Shown here piece after piece: positions 34,817 to 46,829 of a DNA stretch of 64,000 nt. The position numbers were made by a program, and so were the translations under genes. Where the stretch lies: contig NC_043014.1 in NCBI RefSeq assembly GCF_006345805.1, positions 46,004,001 through 46,068,000 on the forward strand, given 5' to 3'. Under the pieces are notes generated by a model. The model saw nothing but the letters and a program-made list of their open reading frames with translations, was not told the DNA's origin and made no database searches. Origin of the DNA: Octopus sinensis (taxonomy: Eukaryota). The first letter of the stretch is position 1; each line of letters starts with the position of its first letter.

Positions 34817-37667
34817 TAAAGAAGAAGAGAGAAAGAAAGATCCCAGAGCGGGCAACAGGGAAAGAGAAAAAAGACGACTGGTGTTTACGAGTTGCACATG
34901 GTGAAGGCGGATGTTGACGATAACAAGAGCAAAGTGGGTTTTTAAAGGCAAAAGAGTGGAGACAAGGTTGGTAACCCAACAGATGTGTGTGTATGTGTGA
35001 GTGTGTGCATGTGCGTGTGTGTATGTGTGTGTGTGAGGCGAGATGAAAAAACAAAAAAATAAAAAAATATAGGTGTGTGTTAGTGTGTGCGTCTGTGTGT
35101 AGGCGTGTGAGGTAGGGCGAGACTAGTGGTCAGCTAGCAGACAAGAAAAAGAAGAAGGAGGAAGGGAGGTCAGTAGTAAGAAAAGAAGGAGGAGGAAGGG
35201 AGGGAGGGGAAGGGTGGGGGCGTATGTAGCGTGCCAGCGTGTGTTGAGTAGTAGTGTGTGTGTGTGTCCAGTGTCGTGGTGGTATTAATGAGTAGATTGA
35301 ATGTGTGTAAGAGTGATGTATATATATAGGCAGGTGTGTATATGTGTGCGCGTGTGTGTAACGAAAAAAGGGGGGGGGTTTAGGAAAAAGGACTCCAGCT
35401 GAGGGGAAGATGGAAGAGTGGTACCGCGGAGACAGGCGTGGGAAAACCCAACGACACGCGACGGTCCCAGGAACGGGCGGGAGGTCTCGTCAGGTCCAAG
35501 GGCGAGGTGTATGCGACGCGTATGCAACGCGAGCCGGCGTAAGTGCGTATGTGCGCGTGCCTGCGAGTATGCGCGTACGTATGTATGTGTGTGGATGTGT
35601 GAGTGTGTCTGTGTGTATGTCTGGGTGGCAGTGTGTGCGATGAATGTATGTGAGTATGTGTGTATGTATGTGTGTGCATAGATGTATGTCCGTGTGTGTG
35701 TGTGTATGTGTGTGAGTGTGTATGTATGTACGTGTGGGTGTGGGGAAGTGTGTGTATGTGCATGTGTGTGCGCGTACATACAGGTGTGTGAGTGAGTGTG
35801 TGTGTGTGTATGTATGTGTGAGTGTGTATGTATGTGTGTGTCGGATGCATGTATGTGTATGGGTGTATGTATGCGTGTGTGTATGTATGTATGTGTACGT
35901 GCGTGTGTGTGTGTGTATGCGTGTAGGTGTGCGCGTGTGCATGCATGCATGCATGTGCGTATGTGTGTGTGTGTGTGCATGTGTGTGGGTATATATGTAT
36001 GTGCGTATATGTGTGTGTATGTGCGTACATGTGTGTGTGTGTGTATGCATGTGTGTGTATGTAGGTGTGTAGGCGTGTGTGTATAGGTGTATGTATGTAA
36101 GTATGTGTGGGTGTGTCCGTGTATGTGTGTGTATGTATGTGTGTGTATGTAGGTGTGTGTGTATATAGGTGTATGTCTGGGTGTGTCCGTGCATGTTTGT
36201 GTGTGTGTGTGTATGCATGTGTATGTGGGTGTGTGTGTATGCGTGTGTATGCGTGCGTGTGTGTATGTAGGTGCGTGTGTATGTGTGTGGGAGTGTAGGT
36301 GTGTGTGTGCGTGTGCGTGTTTATGTTGGTGTGTGCGTATGTGAGTGTGAGTGTATGGGTGTTTGTCATGCATGTGTGTGCGCGTGCAGGTGAGTGTGTG
36401 TGTAAGTATGTGTGTGTATGTTTGTGTGAGTGTGTATGTGTATGTCTTTGTGTATGTATGTGCGTATAGGAGTATGTGGGTATGTGTGTATGTATGTATA
36501 TGGGTGTATGTATGTATGTGTGTGTGTGTGCATGTGTATAAGTATATGTGTGTGTGCGTATGTGTGTATATGTATATGTGTGTGTGTTTATGTATGTGTG
36601 TATGTATGTGTGTAGGCGTGTGTGTGTAGATGTATGTATGTATGGGTGTGTGTCCGTGTGTGTTTGTGTGTGTGTAGGTAGATGTGTGTGTCTGAATGAG
36701 GGTATGGCTGTGTAGGTGTGTGTGTGTATGAATGTAAGTGTGTGTGTATACAAGTGTAATGTATGTATGTAGGTGTGTGTGTGTGTGTGTATGTGTACGT
36801 GTGCGTGTGTATGTGTGTGTGTGTATGCGTGTGAGTGTGAGTGTATGGGTGTATGTCTGTGTGTGTGTATGTCTGAAGTAGGTATGTATGTGTATGTATG
36901 TATGTGTGTGTGTGTGCAGGTATGTGTGTGTATGTGTGTGTGTGAGTAGGTGTGCGTGTATGTATGTGGGTAGGGATGCATGCGAGTGTGTGGGGTATGT
37001 ATGCATACATACGCACGCGCACATCCGAAGCAAGCCCACACGCACAAAGCGCGCTCACGCACACAACGCACAAGCAGTACAACGCAAGCCCAAGGGGCCG
37101 ACCAAGCCCCCAGCGCGCGCCAAGGCGCGCGAGCGCAAAGGCCCTCGAACGCCCCGCTACGCGGGAACCGAGGATCCATCAGCCAAAACCGGAAAGCAGA
37201 AAAGAGGGGGGGCTGCCTGGATGCAAAAAGGTGTATGTGTGTGTGCATTCAGTGTAAGGGTGTGCATGTGTGGGCATGTATGTATGTATGTGCCTACATG
37301 TATGTTTGCATGTGTGTGTGTGAAGTATGTACGTGCGGTGTGTGTGTGTGTGAGTGTGTGTGTATGTATGTGCGTATGTATGTGTGTGTGTATGTGTGTA
37401 TGTATGTCTGTGTGTGTGTGTGTGTGTGTAAGTATGTATGTGTGTGCGTATGTATGTATGTGTGTGTGTATGTGCATGTTGGTTTGTATGTTAGTGTGTG
37501 CTAGTATGTCTGTAAGTGTGTGTGATTAAATGTGTGAATGTATGTACGTAAATGGGTCTGCGTATGTGTGTGTGTGAACAGGCGTGTGGGAGGTAGGTGG
37601 TTGGGTGTGTGTGGGAGGTAGGTGGGTGGGTGTGTGCGTGTGGGAGGCAGGTGGGTGTGTGTGTGTG

Positions 37668-37703
<36 letters not shown>

Positions 37704-37709
37704 CAGATC

Positions 37710-40547
37710 TCAGGAGGAGGGGGCTGTGTTAAGTCCGTGTGGGGTGGTAGTTTGTAGGGTGAAGATGTAGCGTTGCTCCAAGTGGAGCCTGGAAAGTGGG
37801 CGACCTTGGTGGGGGGCGAGACCAAACACTGAGATGTCATCTAGGGAATGGCCGGCCGAGCGGAAGTGGCGTGCGACGGGAGAAAGAGAGTGTAGGCGAA
37901 CGTCCCTTAAGTGCTCAGTGAAACGGTCGGACAACCGGCGTCCCGTCTGTCCTACATACAGCATCCCGCATAGGTTGCATTTAATGCAGTAAATAAGGCC
38001 AGACGAGGTGCACGTAAAAGAGTGCCTAATGCGTACAGTGTGCAGGTTGGAGCCGGTGACAGCGGTGGTGTTGGTGATGAAGGGGCAAGTGTTGCAGCGG
38101 GATCTAGAGCAAGGGAATGATCCGTGTGGGGCTGAGGGGGAAGGAGAGAGGGTGCTGTGGACCAGGAGGTCACGCAGATTGCGGGCTCGTTTGAAAGAGG
38201 ACAGGGGTAGGTTAGGGAAAATGGGGCGGGTGGTGGGATCAAGCTGGAGGCGACGGAAGGCACGTAGTATCTTGCGACGAAGGGGTAGGGTAGAGGGGTG
38301 GAAAAGGAGGGGGAAGGGGGTGCGGTTGGGGGGTGGGCGGGGAAGGAGACAGGGCGGTAGTGCGGTCGATGCGACGGGCGCGGGTGAGGGCATCAGAGAG
38401 GAGTATGGGTGGGTAACCTCGGAGTCTGAACATGCGGGCCAGGTATTGAGATTGGGTCTCGAAATCCTGGTCGCGGCTGCACAAACGTCGGAGGCGGAGG
38501 AACTGGGAGTAGGGGATGGCTCGTTTGGTGTGGAAGGGGTGGGAGGAAGAGAAGTTGAGATAGAGGTGGGAATCCGTAGGTTTAAAAAGGCGGTGGTGGT
38601 GAGAGATCTGGAGGGGTGATCGATGCGGAGAGAGATGTCAAGGAAGTTGACAGAGGTGTTGGAGATGGTGGAGGTGAATTGAAGGGAGGGTGAAAGTTGG
38701 AAAGGAAAGAGATGAATTGGCAGAGAAGTTCACGGGAAGGGAGGTGGCACCTACGCAGTCGTCGATATAGCGACCGTATAGTTCGGGGGTCGGCCCAGAG
38801 AACTGGGAGAACACTTGGGCCTCAATGTAGCCAAGAAAGAGACTGGCGAAATTGGGGCCCATCCTAGTTCCCATCGCGACCCCGGACACCTGTTGGTACG
38901 TTTCCCCGGCGAACGTGAAGCAATTGAGGGTGAGGACGAGCTCGGCCAAACGGAGAAGGGTGGGGGTGCTGGGGGTGGGGTCGGGACGACGGTCGAGGAA
39001 GTGTTGGAGGGCTAGGAGACCGTCATTGTGGGGAATCACTGTGTACAGGGATTTTACATCTAAAGTGAAGAGGAGGTGTGAGGGGCTGGAAGGGAAGGAA
39101 AAGGAATTGAAGAGACGGAGGGCGTGGTTGGTGTCGTGTATGTGGGATGGGAGGGCTGCGACTAAGGGGGACAGGATGCGGTCGAGGTATAGGGAGATGA
39201 GTTCAGTGGGGCAATTACAGGCAGAGACTATGGGACGGCCAGGATTAGAGGGTTTATGGATCTTGGGAAGGAAGTAGATGGTGGAGGTGCGGGGTGTGCG
39301 GACGATGAGGTTGGTGGCGGTGAGGGGGAGAGCGGAGGAGGAGATGAGGTCGTGGATGGTGGAGGACACTCGTTGTTGGTAGGAGGAGGTGGGATCGGAG
39401 GGGAGGAGGCGATAGAAGAGTGGATTTTGAAGCTGGTTGAGCGCTTCCTCCCTGTATAGGTCCGCGCGCCACACTACCACTGCCCCTTTGTCCGCCGTTT
39501 GATGACAATGTCATCACGACGGCGGAGGTGGCGAAGGGCAATGGATTCGGCCCGAGTGAGGTTGGCTCGGCGGGGTCTTGGTTCAAAGTTGAAACGGTGG
39601 ACCAAAGCGTTGCAGTCATGTACAAACGAATCTAGGCTACTGAAAAGGCCTGGGGGCGGCGTCCAGATGGATGGACGACGCCCCAGCTCCAAAAGCAATC
39701 CTGATTGTTTTGACGCTGCGGGGACGCGTGGTAGTATGCGCGAAGTTTGAGGCGGCGCAGGAACAGGTTGACGTCCGCCCGAGTCTCGAACTCATCACAG
39801 TGGCGCGTGAGTGGCGTGAAGCGGAGACCTTTACTGAGGAGGGAGCGCTCAGCGGCGGAGAGGGGAGGTGGGGGGGTATAGTGACAACAGCGCGAGGAAG
39901 CGGGGTGGTGGGAGGACTAGGGGCAGGCGGAGGGGGTGCAGGGGTGTGAAGGGGAGGGTAGGGGTGGTTGGGTGAAGATGGGTTAGGCGTAGGAAGGTCA
40001 CGGTGGGGGGGGGTCCGTGGAAGGGTGGGGTAGGTGCGAAGGAGGGGGGGGGACAGTGGGGGAGGATGGGGAAGGGGGGGGTGAGGTTTAGGAGGAGGTG
40101 GAGTTTTTTGTTTTTTGTGTGTGTGAGGTGGTTGTAGAGTTGGTGGTTGAGATTAAGAATGAAGCGGAGGATAGGTTGGGTGAAGAGTGGAGGGCAGAGG
40201 GCGGAGAGAAGGAGGTAGGCCTGGGGAAGTTGATGGTCGAGGGAGTCAAGGAGGGGGCGGGTGGAGCGGATGGTGGCGCGGAGGAGGGAGCGGGAGGTCC
40301 GAGCGAGGGTGGGTTCGATGAAGGGGGAGGAATAGGGGGTAGCGTGGAACTTCAAGAGGAAACCGCGGGGTGTGACATGATGGCGGAGGCACCGGCTAAG
40401 AAAGGAAAGATGACTAGAGTGGCGGGTTTTCTTAAAAAGCAAGCGGGAAAGTTTTATAGCAGGTGCGGAACATTGTGGGGGGAAGAACGCGAGGTAGCGG
40501 CTGAGGAGGGATTGAAGGTGTTTGACGAACGAGTGCAAGTCAGGCAT
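37710..40547 (-). pseudogene. PLE polyprotein (N-terminal domain, RT, Cys-linker, GIY-YIG endonuclease), split by frameshifts
   Basis: FLSRCLRHHVTPRGF; LPKIHKPSNPGRPIVS, LDVKSLYT, GVAMGTRMGP, RYIDD; CSRSRCNTC..CTSSGLIYCIKCNLCGMLYVGQTGRRLSDRFTEH; probable ATG at 40547. Confidence 0.9.
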
Positions 40548-40943
40548 GATGAGAGGTGGTGGCAACCAGGTAAAGGTGGGTGGTGGCGAAGCAGGAAAAA
40601 GGAGAGACAACAGGAAAACAACGAAAGAAGAAAAAGGGTGAAGACAGTTTGAAAACAATAGAAAAAAGTTGAAAAAAGTCAGGAAAGAGATTTGAGAGTC
40701 AACGGACAGATTAAGTAATGATTTTACATCACGGTAAGCGGTACTCCGGAAGAAAGTTGCAGGTGATCCGTAGGTCAGGAAGAATGGTAACAATAATCCG
40801 TAGGTGCAAAAAATCCGAGAGTTGGTATCCAAGGTACAGGGGTCCGTGTAGGCGCGCAGTGGTATAATTTTAATCCAAAAGGGAAACAAAAAAACAATTA
40901 CAGTATTATTATTAAAAGGCGCTCAGGAGATGGAAGCAGGGAG

Positions 40944-40978
40944 GTATGACGTTTCGAGCGGAGCTCTTCGTCGGAAAC
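40944..40978 (-). ncRNA. Minimal hammerhead motif in upstream pLTR (same variant)
   Basis: Identical to 34781-34816. Confidence 0.6.
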
Positions 40979-42046
40979 ATAAAGAAGGAAGAGAGAGGAA
41001 AGAAAGATCCCAGAGCGGGCAACAGGGAAAGAGAAAAAGACGACTGGTGTTTACGAGTTGCACATGGTGAAGGCGGATGTTGACGATAACAAGAGCAAAG
41101 TGGGTTTTTAAAGGCAAAAGAGTGGAGACAAGGTTGGTAACCCAACAGATGTGTGTGTATGTGTGAGTGTGTGCATGTGCGTGTGTGTATGTGTGTGTGT
41201 GAGGCGAGATGAAAAAACAAAAAAATATAGGTGTGTGTTAGTGTGTGCGTCTGTGTGTAGGCGTGTGAGGTAGGGCGAGACTAGTGGTCAGCTAGCAGAC
41301 AAGAAAAAGAAGGAAGGAGGAAGGGAGGTCAGTAGTAGGAAAAAGAAGGAAGGAGGAAGGGAGGAGGAGGGAGGAGGGTGGGGGCGTATGTAGCGTGCCA
41401 GCGTGTGTTGATAGTAGTGTGTGTGTGTGTCCAGTGTCGTGGTGGTATAATGAGTAGATGAATGTGTGTAAGAGTGATGTATATATATAGGCAAGGTGTG
41501 TATATGTGTGCGCGTGTGTGTAACGAAAAAAGGGGGGGTTAAGGAAAAGGACTCCAGCTGAGGGGAAGATGGAAGAGTGGTACCGCGGAGACAGGCGTGG
41601 GAAAACCAACGACACGCGACGGTCCCAGGAACGGGCGGGAGGTCTCGTCAGGTCCAGGGCGAGGTGTATGCGACGCGTATGCAACGCGAGCCGGCGTAAG
41701 TGCGTATGTGCGCGTGCCTGCGAGTATGCGCGTACGTATGTATGTGTGTGGATGTGTGAGTGTGTCTGTGTGTATGTCTGGTGGCAGTGTGTGCGATGAA
41801 TGTATGTGAGTATGTGTGTATGTATGTGTGTGCATAGATGTATGTCCGTGTGTGTGTGTGTATGTGTGTGTGTGAGTGTGTATGTATGTACGTGTGGGTG
41901 TGGGGAAGTGTGTGTATGTGCATGTGTGTGCGCATACATACAGGTGTGTGAGTAAGTGTGTGTGTGTGTATGTATGTGTGAGGTGTATGTATGTGTGTTT
42001 CGGATGCATTATGTGTATGGGTTGTATGTATGCTTGTGTGTATGTA

Positions 42047-42082
<36 letters not shown>

Positions 42083-42257
42083 GGGTATTTCATAAAGTCT
42101 ATAAGTGATCACAGCGCAAATGACTAAAGAAAATAGTCTAATAAATGGGCCATATATCCCATCGACAGAAGAAGGGTAGGTTTTTTCTATCAGACAACGC
42201 ATATATAATATATATGCGCATATATATATATATATAAGATATATATATCTATATAAT

Positions 42258-42304
<47 letters not shown>

Positions 42305-42509
42305 TATATATAATCTATATATATTATATATATAATATCTATATTATATATATATACATATATATATATATACCGATATATATAAGAGTCAAAGTATTGA
42401 AAGGTTGGAAGACGCAAGAAATTTTAGGAAAAAATAAAAAGAAAATAGTGGAAATTTTACCGGTGAGTGTGTTATATTATAAGGCACAAAAAGAATATAT
42501 ATTATAGTA

Positions 42510-42628
42510 TATAACGGCCATATCATGTTAAAAGCACTGGTTCTCGTCCGATCACCGAAGTTGAGCAACGTCGAGCCTAGTTAGTACTTAGAATGGGGAC
42601 CGCTTGGGAAACCTAGGTGCTGTAAGCG
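42510..42628 (+). rRNA. 5S rRNA: 5S rRNA-derived sequence (no oligo-T terminator), fused to a family A SINE tail
   Basis: ACGGCCATA..TCTCGTCCGATCACCGAAGTTGAGC..GTTAGTACTTAGAATGGGGACCGCTTGGGAA..GTGCTGTAAGC aligns to the metazoan 5S consensus over ~115 nt. Confidence 0.9.
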
Positions 42629-42727
42629 TCACACTAAAGGCGGTGCTCCAGCATGGCCGCAGTCAAATGACTGAAACAAGTAAAAGAGTATATATGTGCG
42701 TGAAGGACTTTTAGATGACTTACCTAC

Positions 42728-42765
<38 letters not shown>

Positions 42766-43029
42766 GTCTGCTGAAATGAATTGATAGGTTCACATATAAC
42801 ATCCCAAGGTACATTGTTTTTTCTCTGATGAAATTATGCTCACGTCACATAAATGCAAATTTAATGTACAAATTTGTAATTAAACTATTAAGAATTAATT
42901 GAAACGGCTGTAAGAAGCGAAGACGACCTATTTGTTAATAATAAATAATTGCTAACTTCCTTATTTCCATTTTCTTTTCTTCTTTTAACTGGATATAAAT
43001 AAACTGTACATACCTATATCTATATGTAT

Positions 43030-43240
43030 TAGTGTGACCGCGTGTGTACCGTTGACGATTTTTTCCCTCTGTCTTCCCTTCTCAGGATCTTTCCTTTTCC
43101 TATGTTTCTGACGAAGAGCTCCGCTCGAAACGTTAAACCCTCCTTCTTTCCTTCGTTCCTGAGCGTCCAATAATACTATATTTGTTCCACGTCCTCGCGT
43201 TGTTGTGTGTTTTCTCTTTGTGTTTTCATGTTTGGATTAA
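43030..43240 (+). mobile_element. Solo pLTR-like element with canonical minimal hammerhead (43103-43138)
   Basis: GUUU CUGACGA A GAGC UCC GCUC GAAAC GUU AAAC; shares GGATCTTTC, CCTGAGCG and terminal TTGGATTAA with the PLE pLTR. Confidence 0.75.
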
Positions 43241-43252
43241 CTATATATATAT

Positions 43253-43312
<60 letters not shown>

Positions 43313-43396
43313 TATAAAAGCATATGTGGGCACAGGACGTCATGAAACATGTCCAACAAAAAAATACGAAGCATGAGTACAAGGAATATGAACTGT

Positions 43397-44245
43397 GGAT
43401 CTTTTCGCTTTGACCGGCAGATTTTTAAAAATAATTTCTTTGTAACTAAACACTTTTAAACTTTGTGTACTGGTAGAATGTGTTTATAGAACATATTTTT
43501 CTCTTGGCTTTCTTGAGAACATTCTGTAGTTTGTAAGCTATTTGTTGTTTAATTTTTTGCATTTCGGCAATTTCAACCAATCAATGACGTCTATTGAAGT
43601 GAATTCAATTTCTGCCCGAGTGTGTCAACAACAATTATTTACGGTGTCATATGAAAATGCCACTGTTATTTATGAGAAAAAAGATACCCTGTGGCCATAA
43701 ACTGAGGGGTCACTCGTGAACAGAGCTGAATAATAAAACCGTTGCCTCTTTAGTGTCCACCCATAATTATGACCCTAGTATCGATCTATTGCACTTCAAT
43801 CTGTTTTAGGGTTAGGGTTAGGGTTAGGGTTGGGTTAGGGTTAGGGTTAGAGTTAGTGTTAGGGTTGGGTTAGAGTTAGAGTTAGGGTTAGGGTTAGGGG
43901 TGGGGGGAAGGGTATCTTTTTTTCTTCAGAAATGTAAATAAACCCAATCTGTTTCTTAAACGAATATATAATATGTAATGTGTGTATCTGTGCAACAGAG
44001 AGGGAAATTAAAACTGCATATGTTGTGAACTTAGAATATGTGTTTATTAATAAAAGTTTAATAACGATAATATTTTATTCATACGAACCTAACTGATATG
44101 AAATATGTCGTAAATATAAGTTTTTCTCAAAAATGATAAGAGTAAAATATGTTTTATATGACACATTCTACCAGTGTCCGAAGTCTGAAAGTGTTTAGTT
44201 ACAAAAAATTATTTTTTAAATCTGTCAGTCAAAAGATAAAAATCT
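43397..44245. mobile_element. Long variant of the GGATC-terminal MITE with ~150-bp imperfect TIRs and an inverted internal cassette
   Basis: Left arm matches the family 5' end; ~44100-44245 is its reverse complement; ~43755-43965 is the reverse complement of the usual interior. Confidence 0.7.
43806..43899 (+). repeat. Interstitial telomeric (TTAGGG)n array, ~15 units, inside the MITE
   Basis: Direct inspection; TTAGAG/TTGGG variant units. Confidence 0.9.
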
Positions 44246-44265
44246 GAAATTAATTTATATTTATA

Positions 44266-44665
44266 CTAGCAGTATCGCCCGGCGTTGCTCGGGTTTGTAA
44301 GGGAAATAACTATATAAGCACTTTTAGAGAGTTATAGCCAAAAAAACAGCAAAAAATGCATTAAAAATGGAAAAAAAATTATGGTAAATTTCTTTTTTAA
44401 ATCGTTGACTCACCGTAGACATTTTTAGAGAGTTACTTCCCTTATACAATAGCGAAAAAAATGCATTAAAATGGAAAAAAAATGATGGTAATTTTTTTTT
44501 TAAATCGTAGACTCATCGTAGACGCGCGCTAATACCCAGAAGGGCTCGATATGAATCACGACTATAAGATACCCGGTTTTGGTTAAACTGCACCGCAAAA
44601 TGTGGAGTAGTTAGGAATCTAAATCGTAGGAGACAGACACACAACCTTACTTTTATATATAAAGA
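44266..44665 (-). mobile_element. Non-autonomous Helitron, complete
   Basis: Minus strand 5'-TC...CCCGAGCAACGCCGGG hairpin...CTAG-3', inserted between A and T with no TSD. Confidence 0.85.
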
Positions 44666-44957
44666 TATCATTCAACTATTACCATAGCTGAATAATATTC
44701 TTAAGGCCACAATTTACTCACATGCAGCATCTTTCAGAGTTTGTCGCTAATTCAGTCCTTAACCAAATGGAAAACCGTTAGCATTTTTGAAGAGGACTGG
44801 TCCCTAGCTACAGTTTGGCATTAAAAAAAAAATCGAGATTTGGTCCGGTAGAAAAAAAGTTTACATCAAAATTTTTAGCAACGTTATAGGAGAGTAAGTA
44901 ACCCCACCAATCAACTCTAGGGGACCAAAAATTCCATGTGAAATGCATGTGTCTTCT

Positions 44958-45170
44958 ACTCTCTTTTTTCTTGTTTCAGTCATTTGACTGTGGTCATGCT
45001 GGAGCACCACCTTTTAGTCAAGCAAATCAACCCCAGGACTTATTCTTTGGAAGCCTAGTACTTATTCTATCGGTCTCTTTTGCCGAACCGCTAAGGTAAG
45101 GGACATAAACACCCCAGCATCGGTTGTCAAGCGATATTGGGGGGGGGGACAAACACAGACACACAAACAT

Positions 45171-45229
<59 letters not shown>

Positions 45230-45400
45230 CATATATACGACGGGCTTCTTTCAGTTTCCGTCGACCAAATCCACTCACATGGCTTTGGTTGGCCCGAGGC
45301 TATAGTAGAAGACACTTGCCCAAGGTGCTACGCAATGGGACTGAACCCGGAACCATGTGGTTGGCAAGCAAGCTACTTACCACACAGCCATTCCTACGCC
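44958..45400 (-). mobile_element. SINE family A, full length
   Basis: Reverse complement of consensus. Confidence 0.85.
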
Positions 45401-45471
45401 TATAGTGTTTATATTATATGTTTACAATGTATGTCATGTCAATTTGCTTGGCGGAAAATGATAAATTGAGC

Positions 45472-45475
<4 letters not shown>

Positions 45476-45567
<92 letters not shown>

Positions 45568-45826
45568 GAGAAAGAGTGAGAGAGAAGAGAGAGAGAGTGA
45601 GAGAAAGAGTGAGAGAGAAAGAGTGAGAGAGAGAGAATGAGAGAGAGAGTGAGAGAGTGAGAGAGTGAGAGAGAGAGAGAGTGAGAGAAAGAGTGAGAGA
45701 GAGAGGAGAGAGTGAGTGAGTGAGAGAGAGTGAGAGAGAGAGAGAGAGGGAGAGAGTGAGAGAGAGAGAGAGTGTGAGAGTGAGAGAGAGAGAGAGTGAG
45801 AGAGAGAGTGAGAGAGAGAGAGAGAA
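45476..45826. repeat. (GA)n/(GAGT) microsatellite
   Basis: Direct inspection. Confidence 0.95.
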
Positions 45827-46138
45827 CAGTAAGTTGAGACAATTCTGGTGTCCCCGCCCCCGCATAATTTCTCACGACCTATTCTAGTGTATTGTATAAT
45901 CCTGTGGCAGGGCTGGACTTTGATTTGTACCCGGGACTTGTTCCCGATCAGGAAGTTATGCACAAACAGCTCCTCTGCTTTCGAGTAGTGACGTCAACAT
46001 AAAACTGTCCAGTCAAATTTGTTCTGGAGAGTGTTAAAAATAACAACAACAACAACAACAACAACAAGCGATGTTCGGGGCACAAACACAGACACACAAA
46101 CGTATACATATATATATATATTATATATATATATATAT

Positions 46139-46178
<40 letters not shown>

Positions 46179-46202
46179 ATATTATATATAATATATACAT
46201 AT

Positions 46203-46544
46203 GGGAGGCCCAGTGGTTAGGGTAGCGGACTCGCGGTCGTAGGATCGCGGTTTCGATTCCCAGGCCGGGCGTTGTGAGTGTTTATTGAGCGGAAACACAT
46301 AAAAGCACCACGACGCTCCGGCAGCGGGTGGTGATCCCTGCTGTACTCTTTCACCACTCTTTCTTCTGTTGGCCTGTCATTCAACGGCTAAAACAATGCG
46401 AACGCATTGTGACCAGCGATGTGTAACAACATCTTATGGTCTGGTCGGTCAGGTGATATATATATATATACGACGGGCTTCTTTCAGTTTCCGTCGACCA
46501 AATCCACTCACAAGGTGCCACGCAGTGGGACTGTGTGTGTGTGT

Positions 46545-46596
<52 letters not shown>

Positions 46597-46755
46597 AGTG
46601 TTTGTGTTTGTCCCCGTAACTTACCGGTTCGGTAAAAGAGACCGATAGAATAAGTACTAGGCTTACAAAGAATAAGTCCTGGGATCGATTTGCTCGACTA
46701 AAGGCGGTGCTCCAGCATGGCCACAGCCAAATGACTGAAACGAGTAAAAGAGTGA
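46203..46755 (+). mobile_element. Family C SINE followed by a rearranged family A SINE (inverted 5' fragment + forward 3' half)
   Basis: Family C head at 46203; ~46470-46530 reverse-complement A head fragment; ~46600-46755 forward A tail. Confidence 0.7.
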
Positions 46756-46829
46756 AAGGGTATTTGCAGTTGGTGTAGACTAGAATGTTTTCTGGCCTTT
46801 GAACGGAAAGACAAATCGTTAGGGACACG

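Larger units (their letters stand above)
34685..42045 (-). mobile_element. Penelope-like retroelement (Neptune-type) with direct pseudo-LTRs
   Basis: Direct repeats ~34685-35885 and ~40863-42045 flank a minus-strand RT + GIY-YIG reading frame; both outer ends abut (TA)n. Confidence 0.9.

Noticed and set aside
35470-35500. CUGACGAG on the minus strand inside the pLTR (also ~41640-41655) as an extra hammerhead
   Set aside because: No downstream stem II + GAAA found
35285-37529. 586-aa and 622-aa His/Thr-rich ORFs
   Set aside because: Translations of CA/CATA microsatellite-like DNA in the PLE downstream region; no domain content
38008-40652. Plus-strand ORFs of 140-203 aa
   Set aside because: Antisense shadows of the GC-rich PLE reading frame
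43806-43899. True telomere or chromosome fusion site
   Set aside because: Short, degenerate, single orientation and located inside a MITE at the family's usual hexamer position
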